Part shown: positions 32,287-41,009 of the stretch, in pieces
Position numbering within the stretch: the first letter of the stretch is position 1
How the letters are laid out: each line of letters starts with the position of its first letter
Assembly (NCBI GenBank): GCA_965221125.1
Contig: CBDCRW010000003.1
Location: forward strand, 32,001 to 96,000
Direction: 5' to 3'
Origin: Alphaproteobacteria bacterium
GTDB lineage: Bacteria > Pseudomonadota > Alphaproteobacteria > UBA828
Length of the DNA stretch: 64,000 nt
Made by a program: the position numbers and the translations under genes
The notes under the pieces: generated by a model
What the model was told of the DNA's origin: nothing
Seen by the model: the letters and a program-made list of their open reading frames with translations, nothing else
Database searches by the model: none

Positions 32287-33261
32287 TCAGGCGATCGCCT
32301 GTGCTTTCAGAACCTTCTTGAGATATTTCAAGAAGAGAGTGATAAGAACTGCGGCAACGATAAAAATAACGATTGCGTATCCGGCCGCTTCACCAACCTG
32401 AAAATCTCGAATGCCGCGCTGATAAGCGATGTAGACGGGCAGTTCCGACGATTCCGCAGGTCCACCGGACGTCATCACGTAAATCTTGTCGACATACTTG
32501 TACGCGTCCATGAAGCGGATGATGAAGGCGATGGCGATCACCTCCTTCAGCATCGGCAACGTGATTCGCGTCAGCACCTTCCAGCGCGACGCGCCATCGA
32601 CCCGCGCAGCCTCGTAGATCGATTGCGGCAGAGACGCGCGCCCTGCGTAGACGATCAGCAAGGGCAGAGAGGTCCATTGCCAGATGTCGGCGAACGTCAC
32701 CGACCAGAGAGAAAGGCTGGTGTTGAACCACTCGACCTTTTCCGTGGAGATGCCGGTAACGATCAGGATTTCATTGATGATTCCGTTATGTGGCGTGAGC
32801 ATCAGGAGCCACATGAGCCCGGTCATGGCAGGCGGCAGCATGAGCGGCACCACCATGCAAATCAGCAGCAATGTTCGCGCCCAGTTCCATTTCACGACCG
32901 AGAACAGCATGAGCGCGAGCGCAGTGCCCAGGATCACCTCCAGCACGGCACCGAAAACGAGATACTGCACCAGGTTGACGACGCTGCTGACGAAGCGGTC
33001 GTTGGTGAAGACGTTGGCGAAATTATCGAACCAGATGAAGTTGTATCTGTCTCGCGTGAGCGACATCAATGTCGTGTCGTGGAACGCGTGGAAGAACATC
33101 CAGATCGTCGGATAGATGACGATCGCGAGGAGAACGAGGACCGGCAATCCGATGAGAGAAATCGGCACCCACCGCGAGACGATGAGCAGGCGCTCTCGCT
33201 TCTTGTTCTTGAACCACTCCGGGTATTCGGGCGATCCGGTTTTGGAACGGGCAGGCGTCAT
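32287..33261 (-). CDS. Carbohydrate ABC transporter permease (MalF-like)
   Basis: IYEAARVDGAS EAA loop, DIWQWT, TSGGP. Confidence 0.92.
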   Translation of the reverse strand: MTPARSKTGSPEYPEWFKNKKRERLLIVSRWVPISLIGLPVLVLLAIVIYPTIWMFFHAFHDTTLMSLTRDRYNFIWFDNFANVFTNDRFVSSVVNLVQYLVFGAVLEVILGTALALMLFSVVKWNWARTLLLICMVVPLMLPPAMTGLMWLLMLTPHNGIINEILIVTGISTEKVEWFNTSLSLWSVTFADIWQWTSLPLLIVYAGRASLPQSIYEAARVDGASRWKVLTRITLPMLKEVIAIAFIIRFMDAYKYVDKIYVMTSGGPAESSELPVYIAYQRGIRDFQVGEAAGYAIVIFIVAAVLITLFLKYLKKVLKAQAIA

Positions 33262-33347
33262 CTAGCGCGACTGGGCATCATTGCGCTGGACGGCGAACCG
33301 AAACATTTATCGCGACACACCCCGCCAGCGAAGTGCCAGTCGTTCAC
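33258..33347 (-). CDS. Putative 29-aa leader ORF coupled to the first permease
   Basis: GGAGG-N6-GTG start; (M)NDWHFAGGVCRDKCFGSPSSAMMPSRAR*; TGA overlaps permease ATG (ATGA). Confidence 0.4.
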   Translation of the reverse strand: MNDWHFAGGVCRDKCFGSPSSAMMPSRAR

Positions 33348-33382
33348 CCTATTCCTCCAGACCCCGGGATTTAGGTCGCGGG

Positions 33383-33411
33383 AGCCTAGTGTCGCGCCCC
33401 AACCGAGTCAA
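33383..33411 (-). promoter_or_regulatory. Putative sigma70 promoter of the ABC operon
   Basis: TTGACT-N17-TAGGCT on the minus strand. Confidence 0.55.
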
Positions 33412-33540
33412 GGGAACGGCCGGACAGGCGGCTGCGCGCCGCGCGGCAAAGGGGGTACACGCCGATGACGGCCAAGGGTCGCGGCCCACCGGCGCGCAAT
33501 CCTGTCTCCCGACCCAGCAAATCGGTTAGGGTCCGGCGCC

Positions 33541-34923
33541 ATGACGAAGAGAGTCGCAGCCGCGCCGGAGCGCCCGGTGAGCGCCGCCATGCCGTTCGGC
33601 CGCCATCTGACGCGGACGGCCCGCCTCGCCGGCCCGGTGATCCTCGCGCGCGCCGGCCTGCTGGTGATGGTCGCGGTCGATTCCGCAATGCTGGGGCACT
33701 ACGGCACCCTCTCGCTCGCCTACTACGCCGCGGCGAACGCGGCCCAGGTCGTCATGATCCTGATCGGCGTGGGCCTGCTCCAGGGCACGACGATCCTGGT
33801 TGCGCAAGCCCACGGCGCGCACGACCGCGCCGCCTGCGGCACATTCTGGCGCGTGAGCATGGTCCACGCGGCCGCCCTCGGCGTCCTCATGGGGCTGCTC
33901 TGCCTGCTCGGCCGCTGGATACTGGAAGCGACGGGGCAAGAGCCCGAGGTTGCCCTCGGCGGCGGCCGCGTGCTCGACATGATCGCGTGGGGCTCGCCGC
34001 CGCTGATGATGTGGGTGGTGTGCAGCCACTTCCTGGAGGGCATCAGCCGGCCGATCCCCGGCATGCTGGTGATGTTTGGCGCGGTGCTGCTCAACGTTCT
34101 GCTCAACTGGATCTTCATCTTTGGTCACTGGGGCGGGCCCGAGATGGGGGCGGAAGGCGCGGCCATCGCCACCTCGCTGGTGCGCTGGGTGATGTTCGGG
34201 GCTCTCCTTCTCTTCGTGCTGCGCCTGCCGGATGGCCGGGCGCTCGGCATCAGCCGGCGGGTCGCGGATTTCTGGGCGGTCTCGCGCCGGCTGCGCCGCC
34301 TGGGGTACCCGCTGGCCGCTGCGCGGGGCCTCGAGACGACGGCCTTCGCCGCCCTGGTGATGCTGGCCGGCAACCTCGGCACGGTGCCGCTCGCCGCCTA
34401 CCAGATCGGCTACAACCTGATCGGTCTCGTCTTCATGGTCGCGATCGGCACCGCTGCGGCGAGCATGATCCGGGTCGGCAATGCGGTGGGGCGGCGCAAC
34501 CCGACCGATATCTCGCGCGCCGGGTGGGCAGGCGTGCTGCTGATTGCCTGCCTGATGGCGTGCTTCGCCGGGCCGTTCCTCGGCCTCGGCATGCCGCTCG
34601 CGGGTCTCTACACGGACGATCCGGCCGTTCTGCCGTTGGCCGCGTCGCTCATCGGCATTTGCGGTATCATCCTGGTGTTCGACGGGATGCAGGCGGTGCT
34701 GATGGGCGCGCTGCGCGGCATCGCCGACGTCTGGGTGCCGCCGGGGCTTCAGCTCATCTCGTGGTGGTGCATCACGGTGCCCATCGGTTACGTGCTGGCC
34801 TTCGTGGTCGGGATCGGCGTCGACGGCCTGATGTGGGGCGTCCTGGCGGGCGCGCTGAGCGCCAGCATCCTGCTCTCGGGTCGCTTCCTCGCCATGGCCC
34901 GGCGGCCGATCGCCCGCTACTGA
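33541..34923 (+). CDS. MATE family efflux transporter
   Basis: About 12 hydrophobic segments, D.AMLGH, RVGNAVG, FDGMQAV..GALRG. Confidence 0.9.
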   Translation: MTKRVAAAPERPVSAAMPFGRHLTRTARLAGPVILARAGLLVMVAVDSAMLGHYGTLSLAYYAAANAAQVVMILIGVGLLQGTTILVAQAHGAHDRAACGTFWRVSMVHAAALGVLMGLLCLLGRWILEATGQEPEVALGGGRVLDMIAWGSPPLMMWVVCSHFLEGISRPIPGMLVMFGAVLLNVLLNWIFIFGHWGGPEMGAEGAAIATSLVRWVMFGALLLFVLRLPDGRALGISRRVADFWAVSRRLRRLGYPLAAARGLETTAFAALVMLAGNLGTVPLAAYQIGYNLIGLVFMVAIGTAAASMIRVGNAVGRRNPTDISRAGWAGVLLIACLMACFAGPFLGLGMPLAGLYTDDPAVLPLAASLIGICGIILVFDGMQAVLMGALRGIADVWVPPGLQLISWWCITVPIGYVLAFVVGIGVDGLMWGVLAGALSASILLSGRFLAMARRPIARY

Positions 34924-35017
34924 GGGACCAGCATCGGGGCGAAGAGCCGCTCGGCGCCCCAAAATGGCCACAGTCGGCCCATAGTCGGGGCAGCTGCCGC
35001 AGAAGGAGTGAGAAACG

Positions 35018-35710
35018 GTGTCTTCGACCATCGCGCTCGTCGATGACGACCAGCACCTGCTCACCTCGGTCACCATGGCGCTGGAGGCGGAGGGGTTCGT
35101 CGTCCGCCCCCACAGCGACCCGGTAAAGGCATTGCAGGACCTGCTGAGCCGGCCGGTGGACCTTGCGGTGCTCGACATCAAGATGCCGCAGATGGACGGC
35201 CTGGAGCTGCTCGCCCAGTTGCGGAAGCACTCGACCGTACCGGTGGTGTTCCTGACCTCGAAGGATGCCGAGGACGATCAGCTCTACGGTCTCAGCCAGG
35301 GCGCGGACGACTACATCACCAAGCCCTTCTCGGTCCGCCTCCTGGTCGAGCGGATCCGGACGATCCTGCGGCGGGCCGAGCCAGCAATGAGCACCGATTC
35401 GGCGCGCGCCCTCATGGTGCGGGGCGCCCTGGTGCTGGACGAGGACCGTCACCTCTGCACCTGGCAGGGCGAGGCGCTCTCGCTGACGGTGACCGAGTTC
35501 CTGTTGCTGAAGGCGCTGGCCCAGCGCCCTGGCCACGTGAAGAGCCGGAACCAGCTGATGGATGCCGCCTACGGCGACCAGATCTACGTCGAGGACCGCA
35601 CCATCGACAGCCACGTGAAGCGCATCCGCAAGAAGTTCAGGGCCACCGATCCGACCTTCTCGCAGATAGAGACGCTCTACGGTGTCGGTTACCGATACAC
35701 CGCGCCGTGA
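35018..35710 (+). CDS. chvI: OmpR-family response regulator ChvI
   Basis: [53 protein letters not shown]. Confidence 0.9.
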   Translation: MSSTIALVDDDQHLLTSVTMALEAEGFVVRPHSDPVKALQDLLSRPVDLAVLDIKMPQMDGLELLAQLRKHSTVPVVFLTSKDAEDDQLYGLSQGADDYITKPFSVRLLVERIRTILRRAEPAMSTDSARALMVRGALVLDEDRHLCTWQGEALSLTVTEFLLLKALAQRPGHVKSRNQLMDAAYGDQIYVEDRTIDSHVKRIRKKFRATDPTFSQIETLYGVGYRYTAP

Positions 35711-37391
35711 TCCGATCGGGCACGATCTGAAGGCGGCGCCCTCCGCCTCGCAGGCGAGGGCAAGGCGTGGCCTGCGGCCGCGTATCGCCTTTCCGCTCAC
35801 TGCCCGCATCCTCGCCATCAACGTCATGGCGCTGGGCGTCCTGGTGGCGGGCTTCTTCTACCTCGATCACCTTCAGCGCGACCTGATGGACGCCAAGCTG
35901 GAGGCGCTCGCTCGCGAGGCGACCTTGCTGGCTGCGGCGCTCGGCGAAAGCGCGGTCGACACCGCCGGCGCATCGGAGGCGGGTCTCGACCGCACCGCGT
36001 CGGCGACGCTCGTGCACCGCCTGAACCTGCCGATCGACACCCGCGCGCTGCTCTTCGATGCCGACGGTACCCTCGCCGTCGACTCCTGGCGGCTGCCCAT
36101 GGCGCCCGTGCAGACGACGGAATTGCCGCCCCCGGACGAGGACAGAGGCGCCCTCGGCCGGGCGGCGGACGCCGCCTACGAGTGGATCACCGCGCGCCTG
36201 CCGCCGCGCACGACGGTCCCTCTCTATACCGAGCCGAGCGACCCGCGCGCGGCCGACCTGCCCAAGGTGATGAGCGCGCTGCAGGGCACCGCCGGCCAGG
36301 CCATGCACAGAACGCAGGACGCCCGGCTCGTCGCAGTCGTGGCCGCGCCGATCCAGCCCTTCCGCCGGGTTCAGGGCGCGCTGCTGCTGGTGGCGGACGC
36401 GGAGGACGTGCTGGACAGCGTGCGCAACGCCCGCTTCACGATCCTTCAGGCGTTCTGCATCGCGCTCGGCATTACCATCGTCCTCAGCCTCTTCTTCGCG
36501 GGCACGATCACCCGCCCGGTGCGCCGGCTCGCGCGGGCGGCGGAGCGGGTGCGCGCGGGCGGCGGGCGCAAGGTCGCGATCCCCGACTTCACGGCGCGGA
36601 ACGACGAGATCGGCCGCCTCTCCGCAGCGCTCCGCGACATGACCGAGGCCCTGTGGGTGCGCATGGACGCGATCGAGCGCTTCGTGGCCGACGTGGCGCA
36701 CGAGGTGAAGAACCCGCTCAGCTCCGTGCTCAGCGCCGTCGACACGGCCCGGCGGGTCGACGACGAAGAGAAGCGCGCGAAGCTGCTCGCGCTCGTCGGC
36801 GAGGACGTGAAGAGGCTGGACCGGCTGCTGAGCCAGATCGCCGATGCCTCCAAGATCGACACCGAGCTGGCCCGCGCCCAGATGGAGCCGGTCGACATTC
36901 GCGCCATGCTGACGACTCTCGCGGAGATGCACGGCGCCGCCACATCGGCGAGCGATGAGCCCGCGTCGACCACGCTTGAGATCGAAGGTGAGGGTCCGTT
37001 CGCGGTGCTCGGCGTCGAGGACCGCCTCGCCCAGGTGCTCCAGAACCTGGTGAGCAACGCCCGCTCGTTCAGCCCGCCGGGCGGCACGGTCGCGCTCGGG
37101 CTCCGCCGGGACGGGGCAGAAGTCGTGGTGAGCGTGGACGACGACGGCCCCGGCGTGCCGGCCGGGATGGAGGAGGCGATCTTTCGGCGGTTCTATACCT
37201 TCCGGCCCGGTGGCGAAACCTTCGGCACCCACTCGGGTCTCGGCCTCAGCATTTCACGCCAGATCGCCGAGGCCCACGGCGGCCGGCTCATTTGCACCAA
37301 CCGCTACGATTCGGCAGGCCGCGTGCTGGGCGCGAGCTTCCGCCTGGAGCTTCCTGTCGCGGCTCCCGCCCGCCCGTCCGAGGCTGGCTAA
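35682..37391 (+). CDS. chvG: Sensor histidine kinase ChvG/ExoS
   Basis: [45 protein letters not shown]; follows chvI. Confidence 0.9.
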   Translation: MSVTDTPRRDPIGHDLKAAPSASQARARRGLRPRIAFPLTARILAINVMALGVLVAGFFYLDHLQRDLMDAKLEALAREATLLAAALGESAVDTAGASEAGLDRTASATLVHRLNLPIDTRALLFDADGTLAVDSWRLPMAPVQTTELPPPDEDRGALGRAADAAYEWITARLPPRTTVPLYTEPSDPRAADLPKVMSALQGTAGQAMHRTQDARLVAVVAAPIQPFRRVQGALLLVADAEDVLDSVRNARFTILQAFCIALGITIVLSLFFAGTITRPVRRLARAAERVRAGGGRKVAIPDFTARNDEIGRLSAALRDMTEALWVRMDAIERFVADVAHEVKNPLSSVLSAVDTARRVDDEEKRAKLLALVGEDVKRLDRLLSQIADASKIDTELARAQMEPVDIRAMLTTLAEMHGAATSASDEPASTTLEIEGEGPFAVLGVEDRLAQVLQNLVSNARSFSPPGGTVALGLRRDGAEVVVSVDDDGPGVPAGMEEAIFRRFYTFRPGGETFGTHSGLGLSISRQIAEAHGGRLICTNRYDSAGRVLGASFRLELPVAAPARPSEAG

Positions 37392-37407
37392 GCGCGAATC
37401 GTCCGGC

Positions 37408-37623
37408 TCAGTGAACGCTGAGCGGCTGGAGCTGATGCTGGCGGGCGGCGGCGAACGCGATCTCGCGGTCCGGTGCCACGCCGAGAAGGCGGCCGTCCGG
37501 CGCGTGAATGCCGAAGACCATGGCGCCATCCACGAGAACTTCGCGGATGTAGGCTTCGTTGCCGGCGAGGAAGTGGACGTGTTCCCGCTGCTCGCCGGCA
37601 GTCGTCCGTTCGACGTCATTCAT
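37408..37623 (-). CDS. DUF1150 family protein
   Basis: AYIREV, IHAPDG, AFAAARQHQLQPLSVH; AAGGAGG RBS. Confidence 0.8.
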   Translation of the reverse strand: MNDVERTTAGEQREHVHFLAGNEAYIREVLVDGAMVFGIHAPDGRLLGVAPDREIAFAAARQHQLQPLSVH

Positions 37624-37793
37624 GACCTTCCTCCTTCACCCTCGGCACGGGGCCGCAGCCCCGCCAGCCGCGCCATTCACACAACCCGAGCATCCGTCAG
37701 GCCCCTGCCCCGCCTGCGCCCACGATCGGCGGTTCCGCCTCTGAGCGATGGCTGGCGGTGGCGGCCATGCCGCCGACCAAGCGCATGTCTTCC

Positions 37794-37821
37794 ATGTGGG
37801 AATGGCGGGGTCGTGAATCAA
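37794..37821 (-). promoter_or_regulatory. Putative RpoH (heat-shock) promoter upstream of DUF1150
   Basis: TTG-N18-CCCACAT on the minus strand, resembling alphaproteobacterial RpoH promoters. Confidence 0.45.
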
Positions 37822-37877
37822 ACCGTTTTGGTATCCAGATTGCTCCGCAATGCAGAGCTATCTGGATATGCTGTCCT

Positions 37878-38001
37878 CCGGTATCTGGACCGCATCATCG
37901 CCGAGCTGCCGGACTCCTCGTACGCGCTCATGGCTGAGCGGCAACTCGACGACCCGGAGACGCCTGCTCAACTCACCTGCCTCGGCTGCCACAAGTACTG
38001 A
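37878..38001 (+). pseudogene. 3' remnant of a protein with a C-terminal CxxCH motif
   Basis: RYLDRIIAELPDSSYALMAERQLDDPETPAQLTCLGCHKY*; coding-like codon usage but no credible start or signal peptide. Confidence 0.5.
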
Positions 38002-38189
38002 ACCGGCGGCGAATGGAACGCGCCCGCACATTCCTCGACGTCAATTCGGCAGGTATTCCGGACGTGGCTGTCCCCGCCCGGCGGATATGGCATGGTGGCG
38101 TGAGCGAACGATTCCGCCGCCTGCGCCCACGGGTACACACCCGCTGAAGGGGCGCCGGGCGGGCGGCGCAGGGGAGCAGGCCGCCCGCC

Positions 38190-39107
38190 ATGAGCACGCA
38201 ATCGACGCACGGGGCGGGCGGGCCCGCCATCGGGCGCACCTGGGAAGGCGTGCTCCTGATGATCTTCACCTGCGCCTGCTTCGCCGGCATGTCGGCGGCG
38301 ATCCGCCACATCTCGGCGGAAATCTCGGTGTTTCAGATCGCCTTCATCCGCAACGGCATCGGCACCCTGATCCTCGTGCCCTTCATGGTCAGGATCGGCT
38401 TCGGCTCGTTCAGCCCGCGCCGCTTCCGCCTCTTCGCGGTCCGCGCCGGCATCGGCGTCCTCGCCATGTGGGCCTGGTACTCGGCGCTGCAGATCACGCC
38501 GCTCGCGGAAGCCATCACGCTCAACTTCACGGTCTCGCTCTGGATGATCCCGGTCGCCATCCTGATGCTGGGCGAGCGGGTCGGCCCGCGCCGCTGGATC
38601 GCCACCGTGGTGGGCTTCGCCGGCGTGCTGATCGTGCTGCAGCCGGGCGCGGACACCGTTTCCGTCGGCGGCCTGCTCGCGATATCGGCGGCGCTGCTCT
38701 TCGCCATCTCGATGGCACTGGTCCGCCTGCTCGCACGCGCCGAATCGCCGCTCGCCATCGTCTTCTACATGAACCTGATCATGACGCCGCTCTCCCTCGG
38801 CCCCGCGCTCTGGTGGTGGCAGATGCCGACGATGGAGCAGCTCGGCTGGCTTCTCGGTATCGGCTGCGTCCTCACCATCGCCCACTTCTCCATGGCCCGC
38901 GCTCTCTCGATCATGGAGGCGACGGCCATCGTGCCGCTGGACTTCACCCGCCTCCCCTTCGCGGTGCTCATCGGCTGGTTCGCGTTCGGCGAGTTTCCCG
39001 GCGTCTGGACCTGGGTCGGCGCGGTCTTCATCGTGGCGAGCGCTGTCTACATCGCCCGCCGCGAAGCGCTGCTCGTGCGCCGCCGCCCCGCCGTGATCGA
39101 CCCGTAG
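38190..39107 (+). CDS. DMT/EamA family transporter
   Basis: Ten hydrophobic segments, FIRN, LGERVGPRRW, GFAGVLIVLQPG, FGEFP. Confidence 0.9.
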   Translation: MSTQSTHGAGGPAIGRTWEGVLLMIFTCACFAGMSAAIRHISAEISVFQIAFIRNGIGTLILVPFMVRIGFGSFSPRRFRLFAVRAGIGVLAMWAWYSALQITPLAEAITLNFTVSLWMIPVAILMLGERVGPRRWIATVVGFAGVLIVLQPGADTVSVGGLLAISAALLFAISMALVRLLARAESPLAIVFYMNLIMTPLSLGPALWWWQMPTMEQLGWLLGIGCVLTIAHFSMARALSIMEATAIVPLDFTRLPFAVLIGWFAFGEFPGVWTWVGAVFIVASAVYIARREALLVRRRPAVIDP

Positions 39108-39184
39108 TCGCCGGGCCGCCGAGCGACTTTTGCAGGCTCCTGCGGTTTGCTATGTAGGCGGCCGCATCACCTGGGGAGTGGGAC

Positions 39185-39949
39185 ATGAACATCAGCGGGC
39201 AAACGGCGATCGTGACCGGCGGCGCGTCGGGGCTGGGCGAGGCGACGGCGCGGGCGCTGGCTGCCGCCGGCGCCAAGGTCGGCATCCTCGACATGAACGA
39301 GGCGCTGGCGCAGAAGGTCGCGGCCGAGGTCGGCGGCGCGGCCGCAGTCTGCGATGTGGTCGACCCGGCCAGCCACGAGGCCGCCATGGCGGCGGTGCGC
39401 GACGCCCTCGGGCCTGCGCGCATCATGGTCGCCTGCGCCGGCATCGCGCCCGGCGCCAAGCTGGTCGGCCGCGACGGCAACGCGAGCCCGCTGGAAAAGC
39501 TCACCCGCGCGATCCACGTCAACCTGATCGGCACCATCAACTCGTGCCGGCTTGCCGCCGCCGACATGGCGGCGATGGAGCCGATGGAGGACAACGAGCG
39601 CGGCTGCATCGTCACCACCGCTTCCGTCGCGGCCTTCGAAGGCCAGATCGGGCAGCTCGACTACGCGGCGTCGAAGGGCGGCGTCGCGGCGATGACGATC
39701 CCGCTCGCGCGCGAGCTTGCCCGCGACGGCATCCGCGTGAACTGCATCGCGCCGGGGCTGATGGACACGCCGATGATGGCGGGCCTCTCCGAGCCCGTGA
39801 AGCAGTCGCTGCTGGAAACGACGGTCTACCCGAGGCGCCTCGGCAGCGCCGAGGAGTATGGCGCGCTCGCCGTGCACATCGCGGAGAACACCTTCATGAA
39901 CGGCTCGGTGATCCGCTTCGACGGCGCGCTCCGCATGGCGCCGAAGTAG
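39185..39949 (+). CDS. SDR oxidoreductase (3-hydroxyacyl-CoA dehydrogenase type II/HSD10-like)
   Basis: TGGASGLG, ASVAAFEGQIGQ..YAASKGG, DGALRM. Confidence 0.9.
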   Translation: MNISGQTAIVTGGASGLGEATARALAAAGAKVGILDMNEALAQKVAAEVGGAAAVCDVVDPASHEAAMAAVRDALGPARIMVACAGIAPGAKLVGRDGNASPLEKLTRAIHVNLIGTINSCRLAAADMAAMEPMEDNERGCIVTTASVAAFEGQIGQLDYAASKGGVAAMTIPLARELARDGIRVNCIAPGLMDTPMMAGLSEPVKQSLLETTVYPRRLGSAEEYGALAVHIAENTFMNGSVIRFDGALRMAPK

Positions 39950-39965
39950 CCGTACCGGCCTCCCC

Positions 39966-40457
39966 CTACTCGGGAGACCAAGGCGCGATCCGGGTCTCCC
40001 AGGCCGCGCTGTCGGCCGGGCTGAAGAGCTTCAGCGTGAGGTCGATGCGCGCGAACTTCCAGGCGCCGTCCTCCTTGCGCAACCGGGAGTCGTACCAGCC
40101 GCCGATCCAGGTGTCCCTCGTCGGCCCCCCACCCTCGGGCGTCACCTTGCCCAGCTCCCACAGGTAGTGGTTCGACGTGGCACTGCGCCCGTCCGCCGCC
40201 ACCTCGACGATGGGCTGGGTCATGTAGTGGATGGCCCAGGGCATGAAGGTGGTGCAGTTGGGGCGGATGTCGCGGACGATCCCCGCCCGCGTCTCCCAAT
40301 GGCCGATGCCTTCGCAGTGCCACACCGCATCCTCGGTGAAGAGCGGCGCGACGAGCGCGGGGTCGCCGTTGTGGTCCACGGCCTTGGCGTAGCGGGCGAT
40401 GAGCTGCTGGATCGCCTCGATATCCTCGAGACGCCGGAGCCGCGCTTCGATGCTCAC
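39966..40457 (-). CDS. SnoaL/NTF2-like protein (BaiE/LinA-like), paralog B
   Basis: GTG start after GGAGG; RLEDIEAIQQLIARY, FTEDAVW, HYMTQP, GGWYD, WKF. Confidence 0.85.
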   Translation of the reverse strand: MSIEARLRRLEDIEAIQQLIARYAKAVDHNGDPALVAPLFTEDAVWHCEGIGHWETRAGIVRDIRPNCTTFMPWAIHYMTQPIVEVAADGRSATSNHYLWELGKVTPEGGGPTRDTWIGGWYDSRLRKEDGAWKFARIDLTLKLFSPADSAAWETRIAPWSPE

Positions 40458-40485
40458 GGCCGCCTCCCTTCGTTGCGCCGGCGCG

Positions 40486-40974
40486 CTACCCCTTCCAGGG
40501 CGGGATCGGCGTCTCCCACGAGGTCGCATCGGCGGGGCTGAGCAGCTTCAGGATCAGCTCGATGTGGGTGAACTTCCAGTCGCCGCCTTCCTTGCGGAAG
40601 GTGGATTCGTACCAGCCGCCGATCCAGGTATCCTGGTCCGGGCTTCCATCTTCCTGCACCGCCTTGGCGAGCTCCCACAGGTAGTATTCGCCGGTAGCCG
40701 TCTGACCGTCGTCCGCGATCTCGATGATCGGCTGGGTGAAGTAGTGCAGCGCCCACGAGAGCTGCTTGGTGGAGACCTCGCGCAGGCCCGAGACGATGGC
40801 GTCGCGGCTCTCGTAACGCCCGATCCCCTCGCAGTTCCAGACCGCGTCCTCGGTGAAGCACGGCGCCATCTTCTCCGGGTCGGCGTTGTTGTCCGCCGCC
40901 GTCATGTAGCGGGCGATGAGCTGCTTGATGGCTTCGATATCCTCAAGGCGCTGAAGGCGTTGCTCCACGGACAT
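40486..40974 (-). CDS. SnoaL/NTF2-like protein (BaiE/LinA-like), paralog A
   Basis: RLEDIEAIKQLIARY, FTEDAVW, HYFTQP, GGWYE, WKF. Confidence 0.87.
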   Translation of the reverse strand: MSVEQRLQRLEDIEAIKQLIARYMTAADNNADPEKMAPCFTEDAVWNCEGIGRYESRDAIVSGLREVSTKQLSWALHYFTQPIIEIADDGQTATGEYYLWELAKAVQEDGSPDQDTWIGGWYESTFRKEGGDWKFTHIELILKLLSPADATSWETPIPPWKG

Positions 40975-41009
40975 GGTCTCTGTTCCCTATGGTTGTTCCA
41001 GGTGTTCGT

